The translations under genes and the position numbers were made by a program. From Fibrobacterales bacterium (GTDB lineage: Bacteria > Fibrobacterota > Fibrobacteria > Fibrobacterales > JAOPTW01): DNA of 64,000 nt. The stretch lies in contig JAOPTW010000015.1 of NCBI GenBank assembly GCA_051532035.1, positions 192,001 to 256,000 on the forward strand. The letters are read 5' to 3'. The notes below the pieces were generated by a model. The model was not told the DNA's origin, searched no databases, and saw only the letters and a program-made list of their open reading frames with translations. Of the stretch, positions 61,306 through 64,000 are shown piece after piece. The first letter of the stretch is position 1. Each line of letters starts with the position of its first letter.

Positions 61306-62700
61306 TTATCGATTACCTTTATATGATTGTGTTTTAATAAGTTGATCAGATGTGAGGCCTATTTCTAATTCGTCATTAAGTTTATTTACCCAATAATTAA
61401 CAGTAGTTTCAAATACTTCATCACTCATCTTTGTAAGGTTCATTCTTAAATCTTGACGATCACCCAATTGCATTAGGTACTCCTCTTCATCATGAATAAA
61501 TCCATTCTCTTTCGCATACTCATAAACTTGAGTATTAGGCTGAGGTAACAAATACCCAGTACTTGGAAATACTCTTAGATCTAAGCATAACTGGTATGTT
61601 TTGGCTATTGTTTCAACCGTCTCATTTGGATACCCAAGAACAATTCCCGTAACACAGGTTAAACCCGCTTTTTTAATCAACTCAACTTGTTTGATGAACT
61701 GTGTTAAACTCATTTTTTTATTCATATCAAGCAGTATTCTTTCATCTGCTGATTCAAGAGCACCCCCAAGTGAAAGGAGTCCTGATTTTTTTGCTTTAAC
61801 TAATAATTCAATATCGGAGTCTTCTTTAAATAAATCATTTCTTACATTACAAAACCAATAAATCCCCAAGTCTTCTTCAATTAATTGATCTATAAACTCA
61901 TTAAACATTCTTTTAGAGGCAAATGTTAAATCATCAGCAAGTGCAACTACATTAATTCCATATTTCTCTTGTAAAAACCTTATTTCAGATATCACATGAG
62001 CAGGTGACCGCCTTCGGTATTTCACATCTTTAAAAGAATGGTAACAAAAAGTACACCGTGCAATACACCCTCTGGCTGTACTTATATTCATCATCTTAAT
62101 TTGGTCTCTTGGTATCGGAACTCCATCGGGAACAGCAAACCTCGATCTCTCTATGTAATGCTCAACATCGAACAGATCATAATCTATCATTGGAATGTCA
62201 TCAAGATTTTTTATCTCAGGTCGATATCCAGTAAATTGCACCTTACCCTTTCTATTTAAATAAATCCCTTGTACGTCCTCTAAATCTTTTCCTTTCTCCC
62301 ATGCATCAAGAAGTTCTACAACAGTTATTTCACCTTCCGCCTCAACGGCTACATCTGCAGTTGTTTTGGTTAAAAGTGTTTCAGATACAGAAGATGCCAC
62401 TGTATTTCCAACTATGATAAATGCATGTGGATTTTTTTCCCGGAGAATTTCAATATATTTTTTTACGTATTTATACCCTGTAACAATACACCCAAGAAGT
62501 ACAACATCCCATTTACACTCAGACAACTTTGATTGTATCTCTTCATCGGTTGGACGCAATACATCTATATCATATAACTCAAAATCATAGCCAGCGCGCT
62601 TAACGGCTGACAACACATACCCTAGTCCAATCGGCAAAAATTTTACTTTTGCCGAAGGCCTCATTGCGACATTAATTGCGAGTATTTTATAGTCTTGCAT
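61306..62700 (-). CDS. Cobalamin-binding radical SAM enzyme (class B methyltransferase-like)
   Basis: PIGLGYV N-terminal B12-binding-like region, EAEGE, ARGCIARCTFC (CxxxCxxC), LES, LGYPNET. Confidence 0.9.
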   Translation of the reverse strand: MQDYKILAINVAMRPSAKVKFLPIGLGYVLSAVKRAGYDFELYDIDVLRPTDEEIQSKLSECKWDVVLLGCIVTGYKYVKKYIEILREKNPHAFIIVGNTVASSVSETLLTKTTADVAVEAEGEITVVELLDAWEKGKDLEDVQGIYLNRKGKVQFTGYRPEIKNLDDIPMIDYDLFDVEHYIERSRFAVPDGVPIPRDQIKMMNISTARGCIARCTFCYHSFKDVKYRRRSPAHVISEIRFLQEKYGINVVALADDLTFASKRMFNEFIDQLIEEDLGIYWFCNVRNDLFKEDSDIELLVKAKKSGLLSLGGALESADERILLDMNKKMSLTQFIKQVELIKKAGLTCVTGIVLGYPNETVETIAKTYQLCLDLRVFPSTGYLLPQPNTQVYEYAKENGFIHDEEEYLMQLGDRQDLRMNLTKMSDEVFETTVNYWVNKLNDELEIGLTSDQLIKTQSYKGNR

Positions 62701-62822
62701 AACACCCTAAACCACTATTATTGGATTGAATTACTTTACTTCTTAATACGTAGATACACATTTTGAATACACCCATTCTACTTTTAACTGTTAACCATTT
62801 TGTAATATATTCTTTATTTTTA

Positions 62823-64000
62823 TTACAACACCCATGTCGGTTCTTCTACAATCCCTTTTACATCAATAATAACAGGCACCCCATTAGACAACCCCCTATA
62901 ATCATCCATAGTCCACTCTTTAAATTGCTTATGTGCTACCGCTACAATAATTGCATCATAAATACTTTCTGATTCCAATGGGTTTTCAATAATACCATGT
63001 TTATAATTCTTTTTATTTTCATGAGCATCTACCCATGGATCATACACATCAACCAAACATCCATATTCATCCTTAAGTTCTTCTATAACATCCACTACTT
63101 TTGTATTACGCATATCAGGACAATCTTCTTTAAACGTAACTCCAAGTATTAAAATCCGACCACCTTTTACTTTTTTATCTGCAGCAATTATAGATTTAAT
63201 CGTTTTCTCTACCACAAAACTACTCATACCATTATTTATCATGCGAGCAGCAAGAATAAGATTCGGTTGGTATCCGTTTTCAGTTGCTTTAAAGGTGAGG
63301 TAATAGGGGTCAACACCAATACAGTGTCCCCCTACAAGTCCTGGATACAACTTTACAAAATTCCACTTTGTAGCAGCTGCATCAATAACCTCTTTGGTAT
63401 CGATACCCATGGTGTCAAAAACATGGGAAAGCTCATTAATCAACGCAATATTTACATCACGTTGAGTATTCTCTATTACCTTAGCCGCTTCCGCCACCTT
63501 AATAGATGGGGCCCGATAAGTTCCTGCAACAATTATCTGCTTATATAATGTGTCAATTTGATCAGCGGTCTCTGGAGTAGAACCTGAGGTAATTTTTAAT
63601 ATTTTTGTTAATGTCCGTTCTTTATCCCCTGGGTTTATTCTTTCAGGAGAATATCCACAATAGAAATCCTTGTTATATTCTAATCCCGACCCATTTGTTA
63701 GTAGAGGTACACACAACTCTTCGGTCACTCCTGGATACACTGTCGATTCATAGATGACGATGTCACCTTGTTTCAATAGGGGAGCAATTGATTTTGTAGA
63801 GTCAATAATTGGCGACAAATCAGGCAGGTTGTTGCTATCAATTGGAGTTGGCACTGTAACAATATAATAGCTGCATTCATTAAGATCAGCCATGTTAGTA
63901 GTATAGGTTACATACTCGGCACTCTTCAACTCTTCAAATGTCATTTCATGAGTTATATCTATCCCATTATTAAGATCATCAATTCTTTTTTGATTAATAT
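62823..64000 (-). CDS. UDP-N-acetylhexosamine C6 dehydrogenase (TviB/WbpO-like), partial (5' end beyond the right edge)
   Basis: VPTP, ESTVYPG, YSPERINPG, AEAAKVIENTQRD, GGHCIGVDPYYL. The frame stays open upstream of 63944 to the edge (INQKRIDDLNNGIDITHEM). Confidence 0.92.
   Translation of the reverse strand, partial: INQKRIDDLNNGIDITHEMTFEELKSAEYVTYTTNMADLNECSYYIVTVPTPIDSNNLPDLSPIIDSTKSIAPLLKQGDIVIYESTVYPGVTEELCVPLLTNGSGLEYNKDFYCGYSPERINPGDKERTLTKILKITSGSTPETADQIDTLYKQIIVAGTYRAPSIKVAEAAKVIENTQRDVNIALINELSHVFDTMGIDTKEVIDAAATKWNFVKLYPGLVGGHCIGVDPYYLTFKATENGYQPNLILAARMINNGMSSFVVEKTIKSIIAADKKVKGGRILILGVTFKEDCPDMRNTKVVDVIEELKDEYGCLVDVYDPWVDAHENKKNYKHGIIENPLESESIYDAIIVAVAHKQFKEWTMDDYRGLSNGVPVIIDVKGIVEEPTWVL

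Noticed and set aside
1144..63548. The many 60-140 aa ORFs overlapping larger genes in other frames or strands
   Set aside because: They are shadow ORFs inside well-supported genes and carry no recognisable motifs.
1..64000. CRISPR arrays, tRNA/rRNA, IS elements, prophage or defence genes
   Set aside because: No spaced repeat arrays, RNA-gene signatures, transposases or integrases were seen; intergenic gaps are short. This was visual inspection only.

Overview
This 64-kb bacterial window is almost entirely surface-glycan biosynthesis. A TIGR02147-like gene and Ser-rich-linker lipoproteins hint at Fibrobacterota, but this is tentative. All product calls come from motif reading, with no database search. 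There are four blocks. (1) 1-24.6 kb: a Wzx/Wzy-type capsule/EPS locus (wza-wzb-wzc-wzx, eight glycosyltransferases, an EpsG-like polymerase) ending in an unusually large acyltransferase array of seven stand-alone acyltransferase-3 (AT3) genes plus an MBOAT/SGNH-like pair. One AT3 gene is missing from the ORF track and one carries a G9 tract. (2) 24.8-30.8 kb: a YheT-like hydrolase and a TIGR02147-like gene followed by two lipoproteins that share an unnamed C-terminal beta-sandwich-like domain. (3) 31-43 kb: a convergent pair of TagF-like paralogs, a WecB-TPR-GT4-GT4 fusion and other TPR-tagged or degenerate glycosyltransferase-like proteins. (4) 43-64 kb: a pseudaminic-acid-type pathway (pseB, pseC, pseG, pseI, SpsF-type cytidylyltransferase, no pseH). 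It is interleaved with FkbH, a duplicated ACP-methyltransferase-AAC(3) module, a VOC protein, DUF4910, an AKR plus class III aminotransferase, an ATP-grasp protein and a B12 radical SAM enzyme. The best candidate for a new system is this ACP-based line, which could build methylated glyceryl units and install them on the amino groups of a nonulosonic acid. I saw no rRNA, tRNA, CRISPR array or mobile element.
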